This document shows, in pieces, positions 1 through 11,315 of a stretch of 23,618 bases of DNA. The notes beneath the pieces are model-generated. The model searched no databases. It was given only the letters and a program-made list of their open reading frames with translations, and had not been told where the DNA came from. This DNA comes from Tubiluchus corallicola. Taxonomy: Eukaryota; Animalia; Priapulida. The position numbers and the translations under genes were made by a program. Position 1 is the first letter of the stretch; the number at the start of each line of letters is the position of its first letter. Location of the stretch: positions 1 to 23,618 of the forward strand of contig JAQGDQ010001838.1 of assembly GCA_030141605.1 (NCBI GenBank), written 5' to 3'.

Positions 1-329
1 CAGGGACATTATTAGTACTCTATTGAGAACAAAAACATTCTAAGCTGCAGAGACATTATTAGTACTCTATTGAGAACAACAGTATTCTAAGCTTCAAGGA
101 CATTATTAGTACTCTATTGAGAGCAAAAACATTCTAAGATTCAAGGACATTATTAGTACTCTATTGAGAACAACAACATTCTAAGATGCAGAGACATTAT
201 TAGTACTCTATTGAGAACAACAACATTCTAAGTTGCAGGGACATTATTAGTACTCTATTGAGAACAGAAACATTCTAAACTGCAGAGACATTATTAGTAC
301 TCTAGTGAGAACAACAATATTCTAAGTTG
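1..329 (+). repeat. 47-bp tandem satellite, 7 units (left array; may continue upstream of the window)
   Basis: Unit cag(a/g)gacattattagtactctattgagaacaacaacattctaag(a/c/t)tg starting at 1, 48, 95, 142, 189, 236, 283; no spacers. Confidence 0.97.
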
Positions 330-403
330 ATTCATTAAAATACGATGCAGAACACAGCTACGAATTCTGCACCTTCGAAAGCACAAAATGTCGGAACACT
401 TAC

Positions 404-712
404 CACCGGTATCGTATATAGAACTTGTCGGAACAGAAGCATTTCCACAAAACATGCCATCAGCGGAATCCGTATTGCAAGCAGGGCAGGTGCTGTTGTA
501 GCTTCCATATCTTCCGTACGAATTGCCACAAGCACAGAGAAATCCCGTGCTGGGATCGTGAGTTATGCTAGTAAACGGGAATTCTTCACTCTCACACTTG
601 GTGATGCATTCGCGGGGATCTTCGGCTTGCTCTGTGTCAAGATTCGAACTTGTTATACTGACGTTGCCCTTAAAACAACCAACATACTCAAAACGCTCAG
701 AAATGTTTTCAC
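404..712 (-). CDS. Internal exon encoding one WSC-like domain (class E), antisense to the rest of the gene
   Basis: Minus strand: acceptor ggttttcag|GT at 713/712, donor ACCGGTG|gtaagt at 404/403; 309 nt, phase 1-1, no stop. Translation (G)ENISERFEYVGCFKGNVSITSSNLDTEQAEDPRECITKCESEEFPFTSITHDPSTGFLCACGNSYGRYGSYNSTCPACNTDSADGMFCGNASVPTSSIYDTG has the WSC pattern YvGCF..CxxxC..CxCGN..C..C..CG..Y (8 Cys). Not in the ORF track. Confidence 0.88.
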
Positions 713-1735
713 CTGAAAACCAATAAGGATAACAAGAACGATAATAAAAACAAAGATAGTAAAACTGACAATCGTGAACTAATCAGACGGGTTTTAATAA
801 ATCTAATAATAATCATAATCATAATCTTTTTTATTTATCTTGCAATACACATACACTTATACTACAAATAATTTGAAAAAAGAATTGTGAAGAAAAGACA
901 GCAAAAGATAAATTGGTCATCTAATCTAGAGCCGCTACTTTTTTGGAACTCCTTTTCCTATTCGTTTCCTTTTTATTGTGCATCTAAATCTTCCATACGG
1001 TCAAAATTGGTCATTGGTACAATCTGGTCAACCATGGTCGGTCATTGGTCAAAATTACTAGAATGACAGCTTATGGGAACAGCTACGCAATTGCCAGACT
1101 GGCAAACGAAGCTGTTCCACTTTTCTGACACATTTAATTTCTTAAATGTTCCAGGTAAATTTACCAGATTCTGTGCATCATAGCACAGGCAGTTAACCCA
1201 CTTTGTCGGTGTGGCGACGAAGAACAAAACACTGGGCATCTGCTCTACAAGTGCCAGCTAGTGTATAACTTAAGAAGACAGGTTTGGGGAAAAAAGATCT
1301 AAATTGAATTTATATAGTTACAAATCAGGAAACTACTCAAGCCTTTGTAAATTTATTGCACGGTAACTTTTTGTTAGTAATTTTCGCATTTATAACTAAC
1401 TTATATAAAATAATATTTTAAAATGTATTTTTCTAATTTTTAACTGCACAAAAGAATTTAGGTATTACTTCATTTCAAAAATTCCTTAAAAACCTTTGCA
1501 ATGCATAGTAAACTCATACTTCTACACCAGTAACACTATACCTATAAGTTAATAGGTTCAGTCAGTTAATGGGGTCAAAACATGTATTTCTATTATTCCG
1601 CTCTGGCAATTATGTCTCGTCAAACATAAGCAGATATGCGCCTATTACCTAATATTCAGGAGTTACAAATAGAAAAACGTTGCTTTACCTTTCGTACTAA
1701 TAAAAAACGACAAACCACCCAGAAACACTACAATG

Positions 1736-2110
1736 TGTTGTTGTTCTCAATAGAGTACTAATAATGTCTCTGCATCTTAGAATGTTGTTGTTCTCAATAG
1801 AGTACTAATAATGTCCTTGAATCTTAGAATGTTTTTGCTCTCAATAGAGTACTAATAATGTCCTTGAAGCTTAGAATACTGTTGTTCTCAATAGAGTACT
1901 AATAATGTCTCTGCAGCTTAGAATGTTTTTGTTCTCAATAGAGTACTAATAATGTCCCTGCATCTTAGAATGTTGTAGTTCTCAATAGAGTACTAATAAT
2001 GTCTCTGCATCTTAGAATGTTGTAGTTCTCAATAGAGTACTAATAATGTCTCTGCATCTTAGAATGTTGTTGTTCTCAATAGAGTACTAATAATGTCTCT
2101 GCAGCTTAAA
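1736..2110 (-). repeat. 47-bp tandem satellite, ~8 units (right array, inverted relative to 1-329)
   Basis: Reverse complement of the left unit; 1736-1960 is the exact reverse complement of 1-225, including the order of unit variants. Confidence 0.97.
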
Positions 2111-2203
2111 ATGCTGTGGTTTTAAATCTTAAGGTTGTAGTCGTTGTTTTTTGCTCAGGTTTTACTATTACGATGAGACGAATTATGTCTTTTCTATTTA
2201 CAG

Positions 2204-2530
2204 TTTGGAACGATGAGCCTCCCGAGTTTGTAGGATGCTGGTCATTTGACGTAGCACCGGACATCAAGCACACCATCACAAAGATCACTTCTGCTTATGA
2301 CTGTCTTTATGAGTGCAGAAGGCGCAGTGCTGAAGACGATTCCACGGGATATTTTGCATTTGTGAATCAGACGGATAGCGAATCTAGTACCTGTCACTGT
2401 GACGAATCATTTGGTGGTGGGGTGCATGCTTTTGGTGATTCAACAGCATGTTTAAAATGTTCGGACGGCAACACGGGGCTATGTGGTGATACCAATGACA
2501 ATGATACATTTGCGCTGTATGATACTGGAG
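2204..2530 (+). CDS. Multi-WSC gene exon, domain A
   Basis: tttacag|TT acceptor, GGAG|gtaaat donor, 327 nt, phase 1-1; WNDEPPEFVGCWSF...YDCLYEC...TCHCD...CLKC...LCGD...ALYDTG (8 Cys). Confidence 0.9.
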
Positions 2531-2853
2531 GTAAATGTAGTATAAATTAAGGCTGAATTTAATGCAGTTAAATCGAAACCATTTTACATAAATCCGTATG
2601 CACGCCCCTTTGTTCGGTACTGGGCAAAAATATGTAACACCTAATTAACAACGATCATGACAAATCAACTTCTGAACGGGCTTGTCCCATTCAGGTGTGA
2701 AACAGGTTAGTGTCGCTCTGCATTAGGCAACCGGAATATTCATTCACGCTAATAATTTTGCTCCGCATTTACTACAAATGCTGCAAAATTGCTAAAACAC
2801 ATGAAATCACCCGGATGCTCAAACGGGTCAGTAATGGGAAAACTTTGGACGTA

Positions 2854-3305
2854 CGGTCAACAGCGGATATAAGGGACAACCTCGGGACCGGAAAAAAACG
2901 TCCTTTATATCCGATGTCCCTTATAGTCGAAGTTGAGTCAGAACGAGGATGTATCTAGACCCGTACTGTTACCCATATTTTTATGGAATATTGCTACACA
3001 TTCAGTACAAACGGTATGTAGGAAGCTCCTTCAGTGATACGAGATGTATGTGACCGTGGAAACCGAGCTGTTCGACGGCTGAGTTTGCGAAAAATTGAGG
3101 TTAAAAATCGATCAATTTCATTTTGATCATAGGGTCCCTTATATGAGAGATAATTTACCTGGGTTTCTACATACGGGACCTGAAGATATCGTCCCTTATA
3201 ACCGAAAGTTACTTATATACGAGTACGTTATGTATGAAGATTTTCACATAGAAAAAACGTTACGAAAAATCCGTTATAAGTCTCCCTTATACCCGAGGTT
3301 GACTG
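2854..3305. mobile_element. TA-flanked MITE, pogo/Tigger-like (Tc1/mariner superfamily)
   Basis: TA|cggtcaacagcggatataaggga ... tcccttatacccgaggttgactg|TA imperfect terminal inverted repeats; internal repeated gtcccttata motifs. Confidence 0.75.
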
Positions 3306-3542
3306 TAGTTAATTTTTTAGACTGTTTTGACACTCCATGAAACGCCTAGGAAGAATGTAGAAGGAACTATTTTAGATACCTTATCTGGTTTGTTTTGACA
3401 CTCCATAAACGGCTAGGTATTCTATAGAGTATCCCGTTTCACTCACTATTTGTAATATGATACATATAAACGGTAACTTTTATAGTTCAGAAAATATTAT
3501 TCGAAAAAAATTTCACACCTTGGCAACTTGCCAATTTTCTAG

Positions 3543-3845
3543 GTTACCATCCATCGTACCGTGGTTGTTTCGCTTATTACGATCCCGATGTATACTATCC
3601 TTTCTCTTGGTTCCTGATTCCCGGACCGTTTTTACATCTGTGTGACACCACGTGCACAGATAGGGGCTACCTTTACTATGGATTGTATGGAGAGTATACT
3701 GGCCAAATGCACTGGCCTTACCCGCAAAAGTGTTTATGCTCCAATGCTCTGCCGTACGCAAACCGTTCCATGAGCTGCCAGATTAGCTGCGACAAGGAGG
3801 AAGAGTGCCACGGAGCCGATTCCGTTCTAGGTTTCTCTTCCGCGT
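3543..3845 (+). CDS. Multi-WSC gene exon, domain B
   Basis: ttttctag|GT acceptor, GCGT|gtaagt donor, 303 nt, phase 1-1; YHPSYRGCFAYYDPD...LCDTTCTDRGY...KCLCSN...SCQISC..EECHG (8 Cys). The ORF track catches only the 3' half. Confidence 0.88.
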
Positions 3846-3876
3846 GTAAGTTTTTGTTGTCAAATAACCATTTTCA

Positions 3877-4245
3877 CAGTTTCGTTGTGCGCATGCACAG
3901 TTGCTGTAGGTCAAAGGTTAAGTGTACAACAGCAACGCTTCTTTACTACAACCATCATGTGACAAGCGGGCAAACCAAAGCCGTCTGCTGCATCAATGCA
4001 GTCACTTTACTTGTTTTACATGGACTTTACTTAATTCTGTATTAACCGTAGAGTGGTTTACTAGCAGGTTCTTGCATGGGAACAAGAAAAAATGAACTAG
4101 TTAAGGTTCTAACTAGCTGTTAAAACTGTTACTATTACATCAACCTGGCCTGCGAAGCATTCTTAAGTGTACACAAATGCATTGTCTGGTACTCTTAACT
4201 GTTACAAAAATGCAACGCTTAACCTTTGACCTTTTCATGATCATC
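3877..4245 (+). repeat. Unclassified interspersed repeat, copy 1
   Basis: Aligns by eye with the reverse complement of ~7488-7722 (gtttcgttgtg..gtaggtcaaaggt, gggaacaa, aaaactgttactattaca, cacaaatgc.ttgtctggta, ttaacctttgaccttttca). Confidence 0.75.
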
Positions 4246-4602
4246 GTCAATTGCTGGAACTGTGCGAAGGCTTCTTGCGGCAGTTTTTGATAGATAAGAA
4301 ATGTGAGTTTAATTTTCTTCTCCGTATAAAATCATCAGCTTCAGCAAGCGGCCACACTGTTAATGTAGTTAGCCTGTGTAAGTCTAATCTTAAAACCAAC
4401 TTTTCATCCTGCACTACTCGTAAGCCGCAATCTACCACTCAGCATCAAGGATAATCCCCCAGCAGGCGAGGCGGTACTGGTACCTAAAATGTTTCGGTTT
4501 ATTTAGAGTATTAAATTTGTACAGATAGCTACTTTTCCCAGTGGGGACACACATCCATTAGGTAGCCTGCTTGGTACAGTTTAACTTCGTTTGTTCAAGC
4601 CC

Positions 4603-4629
4603 ATATATATATATATATAATATGTATAT

Positions 4630-4674
<45 letters not shown>
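4603..4674. repeat. (TA)n and (GT)n microsatellites
   Basis: Dinucleotide runs read directly. Confidence 0.95.
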
Positions 4675-4677
<3 letters not shown>

Positions 4678-4700
4678 ATGTGTGTGTCTATGTATTTATA

Positions 4701-5217
4701 CAGGGTTTCTCAAAAGTCACTGTAAACTTTTATTTCTAATTTTTTTCCAATTTCCAATTTCAGCAAGCTCTTACTTGAACAAAAGGAGGGGGGTCTTCGA
4801 AAGTTGTTTTTATTTATGATTAGACGGGAACCTTGTTGCTATGGAGACGACAGAATCATAAGCATTAGAGATCAGGTGCAGAATCTGCCTGGCATGAGGT
4901 TCAAAGCAGTCTATGAACTACACCTGTCTGTCACTATTAACAATTCAGTTTTTCAACAATATACAGTCACTCCCTACTACTGATAGGGTGTGATAGACTT
5001 TCTTAATGCAAGATGTCTGACTTGCCGTTTGATTTTTCCCTGAGGTTCTTGAGGTAGCAAAAACAGCAAAACCTGCTAGTGGAGTGTCCCTTTTCAGATT
5101 TTCGTCTAGTTTGACCAAAAGTATTGTGCAAAGTTCTTCTTCATCTGTACCATTTTGCTTCGTTTGTTAAAAAAACATAGAAAATGTGAAATGTGTTGTG
5201 ACTTTTGAGACACCCTG
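4701..5217 (+). mobile_element. Tc1/mariner-derived MITE, copy 1
   Basis: TA|cagggtttctcaaaagtcac ... gtgacttttgagacaccctg|TA (19/20 inverted match); the interior matches the reverse complement of ~18341-18841. Confidence 0.85.
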
Positions 5218-5258
5218 TAAAAATAAGATATTAGCTAAAGGTTTTCCTTAAATTGGCC

Positions 5259-5381
5259 TAAACGCGTGATGGTATTGCTTCTAAGATTTTTAGATAATAA
5301 AATAGATCTCATATTATATTCGATAATATGAGATCTATTTTATTATCTAAAAATCTTAGAAGCAATACCATCACGCGTTTA
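5259..5381. repeat. Perfect palindrome, 59-bp arms with 5-nt loop
   Basis: 5259-5317 is the exact reverse complement of 5323-5381; loop attcg. Confidence 0.95.
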
Positions 5382-5467
5382 TATATATATTATATATTAT
5401 ATAATATATATATATTATATTATTATATATATAGATATACGATATATATATATATATATATATGAGA

Positions 5468-5605
5468 AAAGATTTAAAAATTTAAGTATTTATGAGATGT
5501 ATCTAATATTATATATATATATTAGATGTACAGTTATATACATATATTAGATACATCTTATATAATATTCATACATCTCATAAATACTTAAATTTTTAAA
5601 TCTTT
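5468..5605. repeat. AT-rich inverted repeat, 35-bp perfect arms with nested inner inverted repeat
   Basis: aaagatttaaaaatttaagtatttatgagatgtat (5468-5502) versus atacatctcataaatacttaaatttttaaatcttt (5571-5605). Confidence 0.9.
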
Positions 5606-5695
5606 GTTCATCCATCATTATAGGAAGACAGCACAATTTTTCATGTTTTACCCCATTTTCATATACTACCCCAGTACGGGAAAAAATATACATTT

Positions 5696-6300
5696 CTGAT
5701 AATTAATAGATTAAAAACTTATCGGCGGGCGAGCCCAACTATTGATGACATCACAAATTGACATAATTTTCAACATCAAAAATATTCCACGAGCGTGTTG
5801 CGCGTGTTTGTGAAAGCGAAAATTGAAGTACAGCAGCTACTGTAAGATATTCAGTGTGTTGTACTAAAACTAGGCAAGTTTTAAGACAAAATTTCAAACT
5901 TCTAGTTTACCACTGTGCTCAGTTTGTGTGCAGTGCTAACGTGTGCAGTTCATCACAAACCAACACACCTGAACTGAGAGGTACAGCACCTGTTTTTTGC
6001 AACTTGTTTGAAATGAAAAGAAATGAAATCACAAGTTTACCGTTGTGCTCATGCATGAGCTCTTGAATATGCATAGTTCGTCACCACTTAACACCTCTGG
6101 ACAGAGAGGGTACAGCACCTGTTTTTTGTGCAGTGCGTTTCAGAAATGCAGGAGTTAGGGCCTATATAATTAATGAATGGCGAAATGCATGTAACAGCTA
6201 AGAGCTAGTCACGCAAGTGTGAGATCGTGTTTTTGTGGTAATAATTGTTTCACGTAAGTCATTCTTCAAAAAATAGTATGTTTCCTTGCAATACTTTTTA
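5696..6300 (+). repeat. Unclassified interspersed repeat (probable non-autonomous DNA element), copy 1
   Basis: High similarity to the reverse complement of ~14590-15057; the spurious ORFs 5854+ and 14697- give nearly the same peptide; internal duplication of ggtacagcacctgttttttg. Confidence 0.85.
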
Positions 6301-6375
6301 GGGTAGATCGTTTTGATCTACAGTTTAGGATCGGGTCAAATTTCGCTTTAATGCAGACATCTTTAATTTTTTTAG

Positions 6376-6711
6376 TTTACAAGTGGTTTTTTGGCATTAT
6401 CGGATGCTGGGAAAATAAAGATCCAGACGCTGTTGGTGATCATCGGGGTGATCCAGACATGCCTTACAAAATTTCCCCGCTGAATTTGACGCCAGTTAAA
6501 TGTGCTTCGCATTGTCTAAACCTTGGCTATGCGTACGCTGGCTTGCACGGCGGCACGGATTGTTTTTGTGGGAAAAAGTACGGAAGATACGGACCTGCCA
6601 GAAACGGCTGCAACCGGAAATGTGGAAGCAAAAGCGAAGTGTGTGGCACAACGGATAGATCCTGTTTAAGTTGTGGCGGTGAATGGGCAATGGTTGTCAT
6701 AGCAACATCTG
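6376..6711 (+). CDS. Multi-WSC gene exon, domain C
   Basis: tttttttag|TT acceptor, TCTG|gtaagc donor, 336 nt, phase 1-1; IGCWENK..LTPVKCASHCLNLGYAYAGLHGGTDCFCGKKYGRYG..CNRKC..CGG, the most canonical WSC motif in the window (10 Cys). Confidence 0.93.
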
Positions 6712-7262
6712 GTAAGCATAAATTTGCCACCTTTTTAACCTGTTAGTGATACTTAGTAGGGATATTTAAAGACCTCTATAACCCCCAGCAGACACTGAAG
6801 TGTTTCTAATGCGTTACCATGACTACACAAAGAATTCATTGTTATTAAACAAAAGAGATTTATAAATGAAGTAATTTACGCTTTTCTGGCGAATTTCGGA
6901 CGCGTGAAAGATGGCGCCATGTTTTGCGTCTTTGGCGCGAGTAAGCGAGAATGACGTACGAGGTTCAGAAAGCATTTTTGGTTACCGATGTTTGTTTACA
7001 GATCTTTGGTGACCTCGTGACTCCACTCAATACGTTATTCGTCTCGCGCAACGAATAATGGAAGTTCTTAAAATTTAATACCTCTAACAATGAAGTGATA
7101 AAAAATCAAAAGAGATTAATGAGATTAGGATTTTAAGTTGTAAAAGCTTATAATTTAGTGAGTGTTCAATTTGATTTTTTGTTTTTGTTTTGGAAGTGCT
7201 TTATATTACTAATTTTAGTACTTAATTGTAGAGTATCAGTTAATCTTTTTCTTATTTTTGAG

Positions 7263-7388
7263 ATAATAGCCCTGGTGAACCATTAGCTGGTGGATGTTAC
7301 ATGGCTAACACAAGTTCCATCTTGCAGGACCCATTCGAGTCATTCGGCATGTCTCCTCGGATGTGTATATATCACTGCTATGACTTAG
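7263..7388 (+). CDS. Multi-WSC gene exon, first half of domain D
   Basis: cttatttttgag|AT acceptor, TTAG|gtacgt donor, 126 nt, phase 1-1; NSPGEPLAGGCYMANTSSILQDPFESFGMSPRMCIYHCYDL. Not in the ORF track. Confidence 0.82.
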
Positions 7389-7487
7389 GTACGTCCTATT
7401 ATAATTGCATGATGGGAAAGCTTGTAAATTTTTGGCCTGTAATTTTCGTTGTATGAAGTAACTTCCCAGTAAGCCTTTTCTCAGTGA

Positions 7488-7722
7488 TTATGATGGTGAA
7501 AAGGTCAAAGGTTAAGTATACCAGACAACGCATTTGTGTTCACTTGACAACGCCTCACAGCCAATGCTGTTGTAATAGTAACAGTTTTAGTAGCTAGCTA
7601 GAACCTATTTTTTATTGTTCCCAAGCAGATCCTTCTACTAAATCACTCATTGCTGTGGTACACTTGATCTACAACAACTTGACCTTTGACCTACAACAAC
7701 TGCACGTGCTCACAACGAAACT
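7488..7722 (-). repeat. Unclassified interspersed repeat, copy 2 (inverted, shorter than 3877-4245)
   Basis: Reverse-complement similarity to 3877-4245. Confidence 0.72.
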
Positions 7723-8020
7723 CAAAAGGCTTATTATGTCTATTCATTATTAGTCGATTATTGTGCGACTGAAAACCCTAGTTTACTTTTATTCCGCGTT
7801 TCGCGAGGTGAAAAATCTATGCGAATTGAATATGTGGATATCGGAATTCTAGGTGATTATACTGTTTACTACCAGCGGAAAACGAGAACGATAGATTTAA
7901 AATATGCGCATAGTTATTCAATGGTTTAACACATACATTTGAATTTTATGGTATTTACAGTGATTGATATTAGACAAAATACGACAATTACATTGTTAAT
8001 GGAAATGTTATGATTAAAAG

Positions 8021-9831
8021 CACCTAATTGTACGTTACGAAAGATCTACAGCTAATGCTAAGTTACGAAAGATCCACACCTAATGCTACGTCATGAAAGA
8101 TCTACACCTAATGGTACGTTACGAAAGATCTACAGCTAATGCTGCGTTACGAAAAATCTACATCTAATGCTACATTACGAAAGACCTACACCTAATGCTA
8201 CGTTACGAAAGACCTACACCTAATGCTACTTTACGAAAGACCTACATCCAGTGCTACGTTGCGAAAGACCTACACCTAATGCTACGTTACGAAAGACCTA
8301 AAGACCTACAGCTAATGCTACGTTATGAAAGATCTACAGCTAATGCTACGTTACGAAAGACCTACAGCTAATGCTATGTTACAAAAGACCTACACCTAAT
8401 GCTACTTTACGAAAGACCTACATCCAGTGCTACGTTGCGAAAGACCTACACCTAATGCTACGTTACGAAAGACCTACACCTAATGCTACTTTACGAAAGA
8501 CCTACATCCAGTGCTACGTTGCGAAAGACCTACACCTAATGCTACGTTACGAAAGACCTACACCTAATGCTGCTTTACGAAAGACCTACATCCAGTGCTA
8601 CGTTGCGAAAGACCTACACCTAATGCTACGTTACGAAAGACCTAAAGACCTACAGCTAATGCTACGTTATGAAAGATCTACAGCTAATGCTACGTTACGA
8701 AAGACCTACAGCTAATGCTATGTTACAAAAGACCTACACCTAATGCTACTTTACGAAAGACCTACATCCAGTGCTACGTTACGAAAGACCTACACCTAAT
8801 GCTACGTTACGAAAGACCTAAAGATCTACAGCTAATGCTACGTTACGAAAGATCTACAGCTAATGCTACGTTACGAAAGATCTACATCTAATGCTACTGT
8901 ACAAAAGATCTACACCTAATGCTACGTTACGAAAGACCTAAATCTAATGCTACTGTACGTAAGATATACACCTAATGCTATGTTTTGAAAGATATACAGC
9001 TAATGCTACGTTACGAAAGATCTACACCTAATGCTACGTTACGAAAGATCTACAGCTAATGCTACGTTACGAAAGATCTACACCTAATGCTACGTTACGA
9101 AAGAGCTACACCTAATGCTACGTTACGAAAGATCTACACCTAATGCTACGTTACGAAAGATATACAGCTAATGCTACGTTACGAAAGATCTACAGCTTAT
9201 GCTACGTTACGAAAGATCTACAGCTAATGCTACGTTACGAAAGATCTACACCTTATGCTACGTTACAAAAGATCTACAGCTAATGCTTCGTTACGAAAGA
9301 TCTACAGCTAATGCTACTAATGGTACGTTACGAAAGACCTACAGCTAATGCTACATTACGAAAGATCTACAGCTAATGCTACGTTACGAAAGATCTACAG
9401 CTAATGCTACTAATGCTACGTTACGAAAGACCTACAGCTAATGCTACATTACGAAAGATCTACAGCTAATGCTACGTTACGAAAGATATACACGCAATGT
9501 TACGTTACGAAAGATCTACAGCTAATGCTACGTTACGAAAGATCTACAGCTAATGCTACGTTACGAAAGATCTACACCTAATGCTACGTTACGAAAGATC
9601 TACAGCTAATGCTACATTACGAAAGATCTACAGCTAATGCTATTGCTATGTTACGAAAGATCTACATCTAATGCTACGTTACAAAAGATCTACAGCTAAT
9701 GCTACATTACGAAAGATCTACAGCTAATGCTACGTTTCGAAAGATCTACACCTAATGCTACTAATGCTACATTACAAAACATCTACACCTAATGCTACGT
9801 TACGAAAGATCTACATCTAATGCTACGTTAT
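8021..9831 (+). repeat. 28-bp minisatellite, ~64 units, inside the intron that splits domain D
   Basis: Unit ctaatgctacgttacgaaaga(t/c)ctaca(c/g); local 84-bp three-unit higher-order repeat at ~8190-8800. Confidence 0.97.
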
Positions 9832-10268
9832 TAAAACTAAAGCCATTGTTACGTTATGAGAGTGTTACATATAAATGTAAATACATGTAAATGAACATGA
9901 GTGAAAAGAGCCGCGATTATAAGACTAAATACAATGTAACAACTTCATACCTAGTTCTTGCCCAGGATTATCCTCGATAATAAGGTGGAATGATGTGATG
10001 CAATGGTCAAGGTTACAACTATATACGCCTTCTGAGAAGGAAGCCTATATGTAAGTGATTACACAGCCAATTGGGCACGAAACCACAACTAGTTTTGACA
10101 AATTACATACCTTTACCTTTGTATAGTTAATGTATACTATGAAACAGATTTGTAAGAGGGCAGATCCATGCCAACATGAACAAACACTTTTACTGGCGTA
10201 GTTCTCGACAAGGGCATTGTCTGTGTAATCTTTGCAAAGTGCTTTGAAATTTCTTTGAACAATTGCAG

Positions 10269-10448
10269 GACACCATTATGCTGTCTTAGAAGGACCCGAA
10301 TTGTGTAAATGCGCAAGTGACACAAGTTTCACCGATGAAGTCGATAAGAGGTTCTGCGATGCACCATGTGGTGAAGTCTGGTTTGCTAGATCCTCTTTTA
10401 GTTTTTGTGGTGGAAATGGTTATATTAACGTGTATAAGCTGCATGTTG
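10269..10448 (+). CDS. Multi-WSC gene exon, second half of domain D
   Basis: aattgcag|GA acceptor, GTTG|gtaagc donor, 180 nt, phase 1-1; HHYAVLEGPELCKCASD...FCDAPC...FCGGNGYINVY completes the domain begun at 7263. Confidence 0.87.
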
Positions 10449-10647
10449 GTAAGCACTTAGTCTTGACCTTGTATTGCTTTAACTCCTTCGGGAGCGTAAG
10501 TGTTTACTGCATTTTGCATGGGTTTATGAAAGCTGCTCTCACTAAGCAACGATTACATTATATTTGATCATTTTTGTAAGTTTCTACTCCTAGTGCAATG
10601 GGCTTTCGTTCAAAATTATGTATGAAATGCAATTGTTTACCTTAAAC

Positions 10648-11147
10648 CAGGGGTGTGCAAATTGCGGCCCGCGGGCCACTTGCAGCCCGCCGAGAGAATT
10701 TGTGCGGCCCGCGAAGAGATTTGTCAACCTAATGAAAGTGCGGCCCGGGCGATTAATTGAGTGTATCCAGCTGAAGTCCGTGCCACGATCCCAAAGATAG
10801 TGCGGGTAGTTTTTTCTACTAGATCGGATGCCATTAACCCTTACAAGACGGTTGTAGCTTAATGTCACTGTACTACACAGACTGTGTGATACACATTACT
10901 AATATGCATTGTAATGAAATTACCACTATCTGTCCTGAAAGTAGAAATATATGGTTTATAATATAAATTTTAATAACTTCTAAAATAGTTTCTTGAGTGT
11001 AGTAGTAATGATGTACGTAGGTCGGATGCAAAAAAATCGTTATTAGGCCTTTCTGTACTTGGCTCCTTGATTAAACTGCCTGTGGCCCGCAGGAATTGCG
11101 TGAAAGTTTAATGTAGCCCTGCTAGTCAGATAATAAGCACACCCCTG
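10648..11147 (+). mobile_element. hAT (Charlie-like) MITE, 500 bp, copy 1
   Basis: Termini caggggtgtgc ... gcacacccctg, subterminal ggcccgc motifs, degenerate 8-bp target duplication ccttaaac/atttaaac. Confidence 0.85.
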
Positions 11148-11315
11148 ATTTAAACAAATTGAAAATCAATTTTTATGAGAAAAATGAAAAAAACTTTCAG
11201 TAACTGCAGTGTTTACACTGTAACAATGTACAGTACATTGCTAATGCAGAAAATTTCAATTATCCAAACACAAAACTTTGATACATTTTGACCTCATGTC
11301 TGCTTTATTTTTAAG

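Noticed and set aside
345-716. 123-aa + strand ORF (and the 335-535 minus ORF)
   Set aside because: Shadow frames of the minus-strand WSC exon 404-712; no recognisable protein features.
1042-1239. Cys-containing ORF (FVCQSGNCV, superficially LDLa-like)
   Set aside because: Cysteine spacing incomplete and no compatible splice sites found; may be a decayed repeat.
1-2110. CRISPR array
   Set aside because: Units are contiguous with no unique spacers, no cas genes, and the context is a spliced eukaryotic gene.
713-2203. Bidirectional promoter for two divergent WSC genes
   Set aside because: Both flanking exons start at phase-1 acceptors and I found no convincing ATG or signal-peptide first exon on either strand; not fully excluded.
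5854-6066. Duplicated small protein gene (with 14697-14945)
   Set aside because: DNA similarity extends well beyond the ORFs with indels; it is an interspersed repeat.
8371-8715. Repetitive 114-aa ORF
   Set aside because: Translation of the 84-bp higher-order unit of the minisatellite.
9966-10050. Candidate extra exon (cccag|...|gtaagt)
   Set aside because: 85 nt, would shift the frame in the middle of domain D, has no WSC features and no counterpart in D'.
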